A stretch of 64,000 nucleotides of DNA, from the NCBI GenBank assembly GCA_028023455.1, contig JAQFVV010000010.1, positions 14,260,001 through 14,324,000 on the forward strand, in the 5' to 3' direction. This DNA comes from Epiperipatus broadwayi (lineage: Eukaryota > Animalia > Onychophora). Below the pieces are notes generated by a model. The model worked only from the letters and a program-made list of their open reading frames with translations, was not told the DNA's origin and made no database searches. Numbering within the stretch: the first letter of the stretch is position 1; every line of letters starts with the position of its first letter. Shown in pieces: positions 39,066 through 51,099 of this stretch. A program made the position numbers and the translations under genes.

Positions 39066-39722
39066 TAACTAGAGATTAAAACAGGTAAAACTCACTATAC
39101 ATATTGCCACACACAGCAAGCTAGAGTAATCAATGGAGGCCAGGAGGCGTGTGCATAAAATCCCCATCTAGTGTCTACTCATCCAATATCCCCAGACTAG
39201 TTTCTGACTTATGGCCTTCATCAGTGAGGAGCCTTGGATCTGAGAGCACTACATTTAGATCTTAGGATCTAATGAAACCCTTCAGCAGCCACCTTTTATC
39301 TCCACTTTACTACAAAACTATGAGTCTTAAATTGAAAACACCTTAATATTTTCAATTCAAGCCCATCAGCTTATATAGTCATATAGGTCTGAACTCAGTT
39401 CAGTACCTATACATTTTGGTGTCTTTAATGGTGATCATGTGATGTTTATTAACTAGAGATTGTAAGAGACCGGAAAGAGAAATCGTATGAGATGAATGGC
39501 AGCCACCTTTTATCTCCACTTTACTACAAAACTATGAGTCTTAAATTGAAAACACCTTAATATTTTCAATTCAAGCCCATCAGCTTATATAGTCATATAG
39601 GTCTGAACTCAGTTCAGTACCTATACATTTTGGTGTCTTTGGTTCTTTAATGGTGATCATGTGATGTTTATTAACTAGAGATTGTAAGAGACCGGAAAGA
39701 GAAATCGTATGAGATGAATGGC
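39066..39722 (-). repeat. HHR family A copy with a 214-bp tandem duplication (39285-39498 / 39499-39722); HHR motif 39190-39229 on -
   Basis: - strand CCTCA-CTGATGA-AGGC(CATAA)GTCA-GAAA-CTAG-TC-TGGGG; left part aligns with 924-1100. Confidence 0.88.
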
Positions 39723-39859
39723 GAAGGAAGTTTTCTAAATAGTGTGAGAATGGGAAGCTATAGATTGGATTAAAGTTGAAGAGATTCATTCTAAAGAGGA
39801 ATGATAATTGTTGAAAATGCTATCAACATTTTGAGTATAAACATATAGTTTTGTAAAAT

Positions 39860-40260
39860 ATGTTGATAACCCAATGTCCATTTATAGGTGAAAATGCAGA
39901 AAATCGGAAGACACTTGTTAGGAAAGTTAATGAAAGAACAGAGTAAAGAAGAGGATTCTTGCTAAATATAAAGAAAATAATGATTATGGTAACAAAGATA
40001 ACAGTCAAGCCAACTGTAAAATTGATGATATAGATATTCTACAGTCGCAGAGATTCTTTGCAAATCAATACTGGGCAGAATTGTTGCAGAAAACTTGAAA
40101 AATATCTTTAGATGTAGAAATTTATATTTAAAAATGATCAGAATTGTTGCTGATACTCTATAGATATGAAAGTTGGATCTTAAAGAAGATTAGAAAAAGT
40201 GTTAAATTATGATTCAAATGAAAATATTTTAAGATTATGTTGAAAATATAAGAAAACAAG
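39860..40260 (+). mobile_element. RTE/BovB-like LINE RT relic
   Basis: KYVDN (RYADD), then FIGENAENRKTLVRKVNERTE*RRGFLLNIKKIMIM, resembling LxAESEEELKxLLxKVKEESxKxGLxLNIKKTKIM. Confidence 0.55.
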
Positions 40261-41300
40261 TGGGTTCTACATCAGATGATATCTGAACTTTTAATTGAAG
40301 CACAAATCACTAGGTTGAAATACTCATTGTAAAGGAATTACTTCATCACAATAAGTCATTAAATATATATATATAACTCATACAATTTACATTAGTCCCC
40401 CTTGACCCAATCATAAATACTTAACAAAAATTTTTTACTGGGCCATATTCAGACTTTCACAAACGGTGATTATGCATATAATAATAGTTTAGTATTTTCG
40501 AATTTTATAAAAATATTCTAATTAAAGCACTAATATAAAAACTTCATAAGCAGATTACTTTTCAGGTGAAGATATAAGCTTCAAACCTTTATATACATAA
40601 TATATTGTAAAGAATTTCTAACTTACCCATAGTACTGAGTTACTTATATATGTAAATCATGTGAGAGGAAACCAATCTTTCAGACGTGCTATTGATATTA
40701 TTAATTTGCTTGCATTCTACCATCAATAAGTGTTTTAAAAGTATAAGTGCTTGGAGTTTATTTTTATGAAAACCAACACTTACTGCTATGCTTAATTCAG
40801 AATTTGATTGTGAGTCTCATAATTTAAATGACAAATTGTAAATAATACATAGTTGGAGTGTGATTTGAAAGTTATAATTGTAGTTAGAAAGTTATAATTG
40901 ATTATTTGTTAGTCTGCATACAAATCAGATTATATTTACCTATTTAATGAGGTTTATTTAAACTTCTTTGGATTAATAATTTCACTCTTTGTAGTAGAGT
41001 TGCAATCTTTAGTGTCTATGTTAGGCCTGGCACGCACAACACAATCGTCCAGAATCGAATCAGAGTCTGGTCCTGAAGAAGGCTGTAGCATAGATTCAGT
41101 TGCCATGCTCGTTCTCATTACAGAGATTTCACAATTTTTTTTTTTTTGGACCCTGCAGCTTCTCTGACCTATCACTAGAATTCTCATCAGATGAGCTGCA
41201 AGAAAGAGAAACCTCGGAAACACAGTATCCACATTAGAACTAAAACAAGAGATGAGAGAATCCATTTTAGGAGTAAAATTTTTTTACAATTCCTAAATTT

Positions 41301-41879
41301 AAATATATCAAATTTAAGCGTAAACAGATAATATTATAATAAGGTGAAAGCTAAACACCTTCAAACAGATACGCTTTAAACATGCTTACGTGACAGCTAA
41401 TCAGATGGAATAATGACATCACATGGGACTCTCAATTCTAAAACACAAGCCAGAACTATTAGAGAAAGATGGGACCCATCTTAATCTATGCCTCAATTTT
41501 TATTTAAATAAGCCAGACTCAAGCATTTTGAACTAAGAGTGTGAAGCTTAAATACCTTCACATTTAATCAATTAAATATTATATATATAAATTAACGCGA
41601 AATCATCCTATTTACAACGAAGCAATATTTAAATCTAATGAAATGATATTAATAAATGTAAATATATCAAATTTAAGCGTAAACAGATAATATTCTAATA
41701 ACGTGAAAGCTAAACACCTTCAAACAGATAAGCTTTAAAGATGCTTTTTCTAATAGTTCTGGCTTGTGTTTTAGAATTGAGAGTCCCATGTGATGTCATT
41801 ATTCCATCTGATTGGCTGTCACCTAAGCATGTTTAAAGCGTATCTGTTTGAAGGTGTTTAGCTTTCACATTATTATAAT
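41301..41879. repeat. direct-plus-inverted triplication (A 41301-41468, partial A 41660-41745, inverted A 41746-41879)
   Basis: aaatatatcaaatttaagcgtaaacagata occurs twice; gaaagctaaacaccttcaaacagatacg..gccagaactattaga has a near-exact reverse complement. Confidence 0.88.
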
Positions 41880-42873
41880 TACTAAATTTAAAAAAAAATG
41901 AGAAAAAAAATTAAAATTTGCATTTTAGAAAAAAATTCATAAAAAAAAAAAAAATTCATTGTAGAGAAAAAATACATACATCATTTTAAAGGCAACAAGA
42001 TGGCGGAAAGAATGATGTGATACTCATAAGTGTAAGACTTAACGATTTCATGCAAATTCAATTTAAAATCTATGATTGGTCAAAATTCTGAAGAGGGGTA
42101 CTAAATGGTTAGGTCGGACTCTAGTAAAAAGATTGCCATGACAACAATGATATTGTTATTAATATTGATTGCTTTCATATATAAGTAATCATTGGATATT
42201 GAATCCCAGTGTACCAACCATATTCTCAGACTAATTTACTACTAGCTTTTATCAACAAGATTGCTCTTATTCAGTCCTAAGTATTCCTGCAGTTTTGAAC
42301 CCAAGTCATTTCATTTGTATATAACAACTGGTTACATACAAACTAAGCATTTGTGACTCTTATCAAAACATATAACAACTACATTAGTAATTGCAATCTG
42401 CTAAACTACTTTAAATCCAGATCTATGTAAGCATAGAATGGCTTTAGTATATAGACTTTCTTTTTGAAGTCAAATGTTTGTTTGATTCAGGCTTGTTTTG
42501 CATATATTATGAAAAAAATGTTAACTTTTTTTTTTTCCAATTATATATGTTAACACTAAAAATATTTGAATTATAGATACATAAAGATATAAATAAATTC
42601 AAATGTCACTGTCATTAAAGCAGATATCAAAAATATTTTACAGCTTTAAACAAGTAATTGAATAAGAAAACAGTATGATTTGTAATGTTACATTTTAAAC
42701 AAACTGAATTCATCAGCAGTGCATAAATTTATATATAAAAATGTATCAATGATATGTAATTATAAACTACTGTATATAAATATGAAAAATAAAATTTGAT
42801 GCCGCGTGAGTATAATAAAGTGTAAAATATCAAACAATTTTGTTTCAATTGAAAGTCAAAAAATGTAATTGTA

Positions 42874-42984
42874 GTCAAGTGTTGTTAGCCGAGAGGTCAT
42901 TGCATCCGCCTTGCAAGCGAGTAGTTGGTTGCAGACGGTTGTGGGTTCGCGTCCCGGCTGATGCCATGACATATGAGAAAGAAA
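42874..42984 (+). mobile_element. tRNA-derived SINE with A-rich tail and 16-bp TSD
   Basis: A box TAGCCGAGAGG, B box GGTTCGCGTCC, loop CTTGCAA; TSD aaaaaatgtaattgta at 42858-42873 and 42985-43000. Confidence 0.85.
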
Positions 42985-43395
42985 AAAAAATGTAATTGTA
43001 AGACACACCTACACCCAAATGAATCTGATGTCCATTGATCACTTAAAATCTTTAAGAGAGTAAAAGGATTAAGAAGTAATACGATTTGTTTAAATATAAT
43101 TTTTATTTAAGTAATTAATAACTTATGAAATATAAAAACATGAGGTCAAATATTTGTGAATATATAAATGTACAATTGTTCTGTACTTTTCTTTTCGTTT
43201 TAAAAAAAAAAAAAACCTTCCTGAGAAATAAGTTAATTAATTAAAAATTACAGATAATCACAAAGAAAAACTTTTATTTAAACAAAATTAAGTTTTAAAT
43301 TTTCTAATGATAAAATAGTGGAAAAATATTCTTTAGATAAGAAATCTTAGGAAAGAAGAATAAAATTAAAGTCAGAAATCTTTTGTGTAATATTT

Positions 43396-43506
43396 ATCAA
43401 GTGTTTTTAGCCGAAAGGTCATCGGCTGCGATGCAAAGGAAATAGTTGGTTGCAGACGGTCGTGGGTTCGCGTCCCGCCTGAACCTATGATATATGAAAA
43501 AAAAAA
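43396..43506 (+). mobile_element. tRNA-derived SINE, second copy
   Basis: tcaagtgtttttagccgaaaggtcat...tagttggttgcagacggtcgtgggttcgcgtccc...poly(A); aligns to 42874. Confidence 0.8.
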
Positions 43507-44939
43507 TTAGTTCAAATATGATTCAGTACGTTTTGTTTTCTTTATTTGGGAGAATTCATCAGCTTTATTGGTAAAGCTAATTAATTAACTAGTTTATCAC
43601 TAAAAAAGAATTTTTTTTTTACCCGTTTTAGCAAGCCAGTTGTGTTTGTTTATTAAATTAAGTTTGCAAGATAAATTAGTATTATGATATAAAGGTTATG
43701 ATGAAATGGAAAATATTTTGTAACTATAGTTGAAAGTGTTAATAGAGTAGTTAAACAAAAAAATCTCCATTCTAAAGCTATAAACTCATTCCAACAAGTA
43801 AGGAAATACAGATTCTATTCTGAAATGTTTAACAGATTGGTTCATTCAAGTTTAGTAATTAATAAATTATTATATTTACCCAAATGATAAAAATGCCATC
43901 AAGAAAGATAATATACAAATCTAGGAAATATTTTTTCTGCGTTTTAATATCGCTTGAGAAATTGTTTTAACCCTACAATATATACATCCGTCTCAGAAGA
44001 AATGTGAAAAGAATTATGTTTGAGGATTTTTTTCTTTATAATTCATTGAACTTTCAAAAAAAAAACATTCTAGTAGAAATTTTTTTCTTTCAACATTTTA
44101 TTTGATGTATTTAAATATAGATTACTGTATTATATGTGATGAAAAAATACGAAGGGAGCCATTTTAAATACTAATAATTTAAACAACTTTAAAATATGTA
44201 AATTTGCATTACTTTTTAAAAGCTTTTAACCTTTGAAAAAAAGGGCAATCGTTTAAATATTTTTATTTATTTATGCCCAATTTATAAGAATACAAAATTT
44301 TAAATCATAAAAGAAAATAAAGCAGATTTTTTAATTACTTTAATAATTAAAGATTTGAAATATTAATTATAAATTGTTTAGTATATAAAAGTATATCATA
44401 ACTGCATCATTAAGCTAATATAGAATTTTCAGAAAAACCAAAAAAGAATTTATCAAAATTGTTTATTTCATTATTTATAGTTAAAACACGTTTTGCATTG
44501 ATATTTTAATTATTAAAAAATGATGTATTAAATCAGACATATTGAAAATTATATTTACTTATAAAGATCAGTCCAAGATTTAATTATGATTTGTGGTATC
44601 ATTGAATGCTATATATGCATTTTGAAAAGTTATCAAGATAACCAGAAAATTGTATGCATATGTTTCAGGCGAGAAGGAAGTTTTTTTCTTTACCTTCCAA
44701 TTGTAGATTTTTAGAATAGTATCAAGGAGTCAGACCACAAACAGAATAGTTATGAGGTATATTTGTTTTCGCACATAGATAAAAAGGTTAATAATGCTTA
44801 AGTCCATATGAATGCATTTCTCCAGATTGCACATAATTTCCCTTGCATGCGTAATGACTCCTTATAAAATATACTTGGCAATATTTTGCTGTGTGTATTT
44901 AACATATCCTGCATCACAAGTTCTATTAATAGCAGTAGC

Positions 44940-45790
44940 AAACTGTACAGTACTGCCACCTAGTACAAACCTTAGTAATCAATGAATGCAAGGTTTGTGC
45001 ATAAAATGCCCATCTGGTGCCTACTCATTTAATATCCCCAGACTAGTTTCTAGCTTGTGCATTTCTTCAGTGATCTTTGGATCTGAGAGCACTGCACTTA
45101 GATCTAAGGGTCTAATGCCACCCCCACCCCCCCAAAGCCATTTTTTTACCTATTTAGTTAACTTAAAGCTAGAAGCCCAAGATGAAAATAAGCTCTGTAT
45201 TTTGTGTCCTTGGTTTATTAAAAACCAGTCACCATCATCCCATAGGCAGAAATGGTATAAAATCACCACAACATGTCATGATCACCATTTCCTCTGCTTA
45301 TATAAGTTATTATCAGTAGCAAATTCTATACAGTAAGGCTATCCAGTGCAAGCCTTAGTAATTGATGGATACAAGAAAGTTTGTGCATAAAATCCTCATC
45401 TAGTGCCTAATCCAATATCAGATTAGTTTCTAGCTTTCATAAATGAGGAATTTTGGATTTGAGAGCACTGCACCTAGATCTAATGCAATCATCCAGAAGC
45501 CACCCTTTACCTATTTAGTTAACTATAAACCTAGCAAACTCAAGATGAAGATGCATTAATGTTTTCAATCCAAACTCATTCACCTCTAGTCGTACAGATC
45601 TGAACCCAGTTTTTTTGGTGATCTTGGTTTATCAAAAAAAGTTACCAACATCCCATAGATAGGAATGGTATAAAACCACCAAAACATCACATTATCACTT
45701 ACTAATAACTTGTGTAAACAGAGGAAATGGTGATCATGTGATGTTTTGGTGAATTTATCATAAGTTCTATAGAAAGAAATATTGCAGATA
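44940..45790 (-). repeat. head-to-tail dimer of HHR family A (period 386 bp) plus the start of an inverted arm
   Basis: gtttgtgcataaaat at 44993 and 45379; HHR motifs on - at 45036-45073 (TCA-CTGAAGA-AATGCACAAGCTA-GAAA-CTAG-TC-TGGG) and, decayed, at 45419-45448. Confidence 0.82.
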
Positions 45791-45794
45791 TTTT

Positions 45795-47123
45795 GGTTGT
45801 TTTACAATAGCGTGTTGAAACCGTTGGAGGGCGGGCTTTGTTTGTAAACAAAGATAAATATAATGTTTACGGGGCCGCTGCCGGGTTTGTTTATTATCAC
45901 ATTTCAAAGTAAAGTAATATCAAATAAATTTTGGAATACGCAACAGCAACAACAACAAATAAAAAAAAAAATATGCAGAAATCAAAAAATTGAATTTAAA
46001 AAAGTACTTAATTTTTTTTTTTGTTATTCTTTTCATTACTTATATTTGGGGGGGGGGGGAGACAGGACTTTTTTTTTTATATGTATGTTTTTGATTTTGT
46101 TGATCACATTTAACCAAAACTACTATCTATCAAATAACAATTTTTGGAACAAAAACAAACAAACAAACAAACAAAAAAGGGTACATCGATCGAAATGAAT
46201 TTGAAAAAGTAGTTACTTTTTATTCTTTCTCATTACTTACATTTTTTGTTAATGGTGGTGGTCGGCTATTCTACGACAAAATCAGCTTCTTTTCTTTTTT
46301 TATATTTTTGTTGTTTTATAATAAATTACAAATACCAAATCGATTTCCATTTAATGGTACCAAACATTTACAACCGAAAGGTCCAACTTTGGGAAAGGTG
46401 GTGGTTACAATTCCTAAGCGAACGTAACGCTCCGACTCGAAGGTTGACCAACTTTTTACCGTAATTACCAAAAACCCCACATAAATATATTTACGGCAAT
46501 TAAAAGCAACTTTTAGGGCTGTTCAGGAACAGCACTCATGCAGCTTCAAAGCTCTTTCTTTTGTTTGATAACCTGTTTCCAGCAGCAGCAGTCAGAGAAT
46601 CTTTGACATTTGCAGCAAGTTTTCCGATTTCAGCCATTCGATGAAGCTCGCCGTTGTTCTCGCAGAAGCGGGACTTAGAGCGTGATTTGATCCGAACCGC
46701 ACTGGAATCCTACACTTGCCGAATTTTTTGGAAATGGGGGCTAGGAAAACATGAAACTCTGCTGATAATTGTTAGTAGACATTCCTAAAAGATGGCAGTT
46801 AGAGGCGGAGGTGGTCTTAATGAATATTAAAATAGTTTTGACAATCGAAATTCCAGACACCCTCACCCGATACTGTAGCCAAAAGTGAAATGTGATCGCA
46901 CATCGAAATGCTTAGCACAAATCTGAGCTGTAAGCTGACGTGATAGCTTCTGCGGCAGATTCAATGTCATGTTTCTGTGCATTAGCGTAGAAATAGATAC
47001 CAAGCAGCCACCCTGTACCGAACGGACTATTTCTAGGCTTATGCATTAGAAACGGCATATTTCTGTGCATTATCACAGAAATAACGCCCTCCGGTGGTTT
47101 CAACACACTATTGTAAAACAACC
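45795..47123. mobile_element. 1329-bp TIR DNA transposon (non-autonomous or decayed; Merlin-like termini)
   Basis: 39-bp TIRs 45795-45833 / 47085-47123 (35/39 identical; GGTTGTTTTACAATAGyGTGTTGAAACC...GGAGGGCG); 8-bp TSD GATATTTT / GTTATTTT (7/8); CpG-rich interior. Confidence 0.8.
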
Positions 47124-49409
47124 GTTATTTTATTATAATATATAAAATAAATAGCACTATTTGGTTATCCACTTATTTTAAATAGTTTTTTGGCAGTAAA
47201 TTGGCTCTTCAGATGTCAGAACAGTTACATGTGCTGTAAATTCATGAACTGAGACTGGTACAAATGCTTATATGAGTTTATGTACTTTTATTTCAAATTA
47301 ATTCCCCCCCCCCCCAAACATTCAATTTTATTTTTGAGATATCCAAGATTTAATTAAATGTATGCACATTATATGGCATTTCACTGAATAAATAAAAAAA
47401 GTCATATAATGTATATATCCAGATTACTCTCATCAAGATTATATTTTCTGTGTGAAGCATGCTATATAATAAATACTAAAATAGATTTAAATAAAATAAC
47501 TAAGAGCCAAATATAGTAATATAGGTTAATAAGTCATAAACTTTAATGATAAAGATGTTAAGGAATTTAATCAGTGTCAAAATTACAGAATATAATGACA
47601 CCTTTATAATCAATATGAACAGGACTGAATGTAATAATCTTTAGCAACATGTAATTAATCGGTACATAATATTATATTCATGTATATATGAATTGTTATT
47701 TTTAAAATATATTTTTAAGTAGAACTTGGATTAGTCTTTAAGTTTTGGACGTCATGATTCAGTTCAGATTCATAGTATGTGTTATTAATTAAGGAAGGAA
47801 GACATCTGATGAAGAATGAACAAAAGGATAATCAACTGTACATTAATGAAAGACTTCAAAACTGAGAAGGCAAAATATCTTTCCATATTATATTTATCTG
47901 ATATAATTTTACAATAAAGCTTAGTATATAAATAAACATTTATATAGTGCGATGTTTATAAACTGTAATATTAATAATCAGCATTAAGCTATTGCACATG
48001 CGCTTTGTAGATTTTTAACAAATGAATACTCCCACTTCAAACAAAAGATAAATCTTTGGGATAGAATGAATCCATCTATCTTTTCGAACCCAAATACTTA
48101 ATATGGGCAAATCTTAAGTATTTGAAAGTGAGAGCATGAAGATATTAAACAATCACTTTAAATTACTTTTTACATGCTTGAATGAATGACGCTAGCGAAA
48201 TTTACTAGAATTTATGATACGTCATTCTTATTTGAAATTAAATGTATATAAATAAAGCTTAGTAAGATAAAATGGGCAGGGACTGAAATCAGTATACCAT
48301 ATTTTTACAATTAGAATTGAAACTTACACAGATATAAAGAGAAAAGAAAGAAATTATAACAAACCAAATATTCCAAAAAAAGTAAAGTTGATAACATAGA
48401 CCAATCACACTTAAAGGGCAGAAAATGAAGTACAGACTGATATGATGCTCGATAGTTGAGAAAAGTATCCAAAGGGAGGATCTTTTCTTAAAAAATATAA
48501 TAAACAGAAATAACATGAAGAGTGCGAACATTATTAATAGCAAATATAAAACATGGTCATGGAGAATCAAATCGTGGTTTACAACTCCGACAAACTAATA
48601 TTTTTTGCTTATTTTTCAGGTCATATCTCATTGTTATCTCCCATGAAGAAATTAGATAACTATTAGTTAACACTAGATAGCCTGATTATTGTACCATTGA
48701 TCATTCAACTTTACAAGAGATGGTTCTAGAACAGAATGAGGAAAATTACTTTTGGAAGCATATAAGTCATGTGATATTGTTGTCGGTATTATTTTGTTGC
48801 ATTATGATTTCTTAGAGAAAATAATATGAGAGATTTTTGAATAATGAATTAATCTTGCATTCATTTAATATTGAGTGTATTAAATAGGCATATTAAGAAC
48901 AAGTAAGATATCTGAAGAACAGTTTGAATTTAGAAACGCAATATGGTTTGTGTGATCGATTTTGAAAAATGATAAATTTTATTATTTTGAAGAAGATATT
49001 TTTAAAATTAAATAAACTTATTTTAGGATAGATTTAAGGTATATTGGCTACTAGAGATGGATTTAGATTAGAATATAAAAGTGAGATGCTATCTACTTCC
49101 TGTTTTCAATATTTATTTAAATGAATAACTTTATTTTTTTAATGAGAAGTTAACATTAAGATTTAGAGCATTAGTTTTTCTTACTGACATAATAGTGATT
49201 TTTCAGAACAAAGTTAAGTACAATCAATATTTGTAAAAATTTAAAAATGGAGATAAAAGATTAAGAATAGTAAGATGAATATAACATTTATTTAAATATT
49301 TATAGTTTATACAATAAAAATTGTAATATTTAAATATAGGTATATTGTCTATACCAAGCTTAATGTAATTATAAGGGACTTGAACTCAGACTTTCAAACT
49401 CCCCACAGT

Positions 49410-49535
49410 TATCCAATCCATCTTACACAATGGATACACATATATGTGAAAAAGATAAGTGATCTCCAATATACATATATCTTTTTCACATGTATACAAT
49501 CATGTATATCAGTTGTATAAGATGGATTGGATACT
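49410..49535. repeat. short fold-back of a family-B fragment
   Basis: tatccaatccatcttacacaa..gtgaaaaagata versus tatctttttcac..ttgtataagatggattggata; upstream gggacttgaact resembles 4460. Confidence 0.65.
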
Positions 49536-50590
49536 TATAATTAAATAAAAATAGTAACAAACATTTTGATGTGGGAATTATATAGACAAACATGATAGGT
49601 TATTTTATGATCTATTAAGATTAAAAAAAAACATTGTTTTTCTTTACAGTGCAGTTTTATATAGAACAGACTTGAAAAAAAGAGATTTATGAGGATTTGA
49701 AAGAATAGAGTTAGGAATACTAAAGAGTTTGGTAGAGTATGTAAAATGAGAATTACAATATTCGATAAAATTATGAACAGAGAAATTAGGTTGAGAATTG
49801 TGAAAGACTGATTAAAAAAATACAAAATTTGAAGAAGTTGTGAAAAATGGTCAGAATCTGATTTTTGACAATTAATTAATGGAAATAAGTTACTATAATA
49901 AAGACCTGTAGAGGCCCCTACTATCGCATTTTATATGCATATTATTGAGGTTATAGCCTCAGTAAATATTACTATAATAAAGATAGCAAAATAGAAATGT
50001 AAAAAGAATTGGAAAGTACAGTATATATACCAGAGAGTTAGTGGAACATAAAAAATATTTTATTTTAATCTTTAAAGAACAAAACAAGTGGTAAAAAACA
50101 TACTCATAAGATGTATCTATTCGTTGAAAAATAATTAAAATTATTTTCTTTTCAACAAAAGTATAAATTAAAACTGTAAACAATAGATAAATAAACAAGC
50201 AGTTATAAAGTGAGAAACTACTTTTAAAATATAAATAAATGAGAAAACTTTCATAACTTTTATGTTGACAAGAGTATGATTATTTTTGGTATTGAATTAA
50301 AAAATATAATTTTTTTTTTAATTTTATGAGTTCTCTATAATTCAGTTTTTATGCAATGAAACTATAAGTGCTGGTTTAAAAGTTATTTAGATTAAATAAT
50401 AGTTTTACTATTGATTGGGTGAGACTAAATCCATGGTCAATAGCTTTTTAAAAAGATTTTTCTATGTTACAGAAAGTTGAAATTGAGAAAATGGTAGGCA
50501 AACATGTTTCAGATTTGAGGTAAAACTGAATTAAGTTATATGCCCAGTCCTCTTATAAAAGAGATACGGATAAGAAAGTATAAGGTATAT

Positions 50591-51050
50591 TTGAATGTAG
50601 GATTTCTCAGTTTATATTCATCCTCCACTCCATCTTAAACAACTGATCCACATAATCTGAAAAAGATAGATGACCCCCAATATATGTATTTCATGCAGAA
50701 CCAGCACTCATCAATTGGTTCAGATCATTAACTCCATCAAGGACTTTTGAGCGTTCTATCGTTTTTTCAATGGACAGTTGAATAGTTGGGTGAGAATATT
50801 GAAGCCTGCCCATTAAAGTTTAAAGAATTGTCATCTTAATATAAGCCGAGCACTGATTGTATATACGTGTTGAAGACTATGATCTGGTTCAACTGCTGAA
50901 TGCTAGTTCTGCAAGAAATATGTATAATGGGGATCATCTATATTTTTCATGTGTATGTGGTCATGTATGTCAATTATTTGACATGAAGTGAAGAATGAAT
51001 ATAAACTGAAAAATCCTAAGTTCAAGTCCCTCTATTTATTTATATAAGAA
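50591..51050. repeat. fold-back, HHR family B; motifs 50677-50718 (-) and 50889-50930 (+)
   Basis: Arms are related to 4454-4722; both HHR copies have core lesions (TTGATGA; CTGCTGA). Confidence 0.78.
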
Positions 51051-51099
51051 ACATTCACTACCTTGAATGAATAGGCTAATGAAATAAGTTTAAATGAGT

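Noticed and set aside
40954-41265. 103-aa ORF as a gene or piggyBac N-terminus
   Set aside because: No recognisable domain; it crosses a homopolymer run; the Ser/Asp-rich alternative frame is too unspecific.
42874-42984. Functional tRNA-Ala gene
   Set aside because: Acceptor and anticodon stems mispair, the B box is altered, it has a poly(A) tail and TSD, and diverged copies exist; this fits a SINE.
46520-46640. Small ORF MAEIGKLAANVKDSLTAAAGNR... as a host first exon
   Set aside because: It stops after 33 codons, has no strong donor, and lies inside a TIR/TSD-bounded element.
46860-47030. THAP domain suggested by ICAKHF on the - strand
   Set aside because: The upstream CxxC and the conserved P/W/F residues are missing, and the frame is closed by stops.
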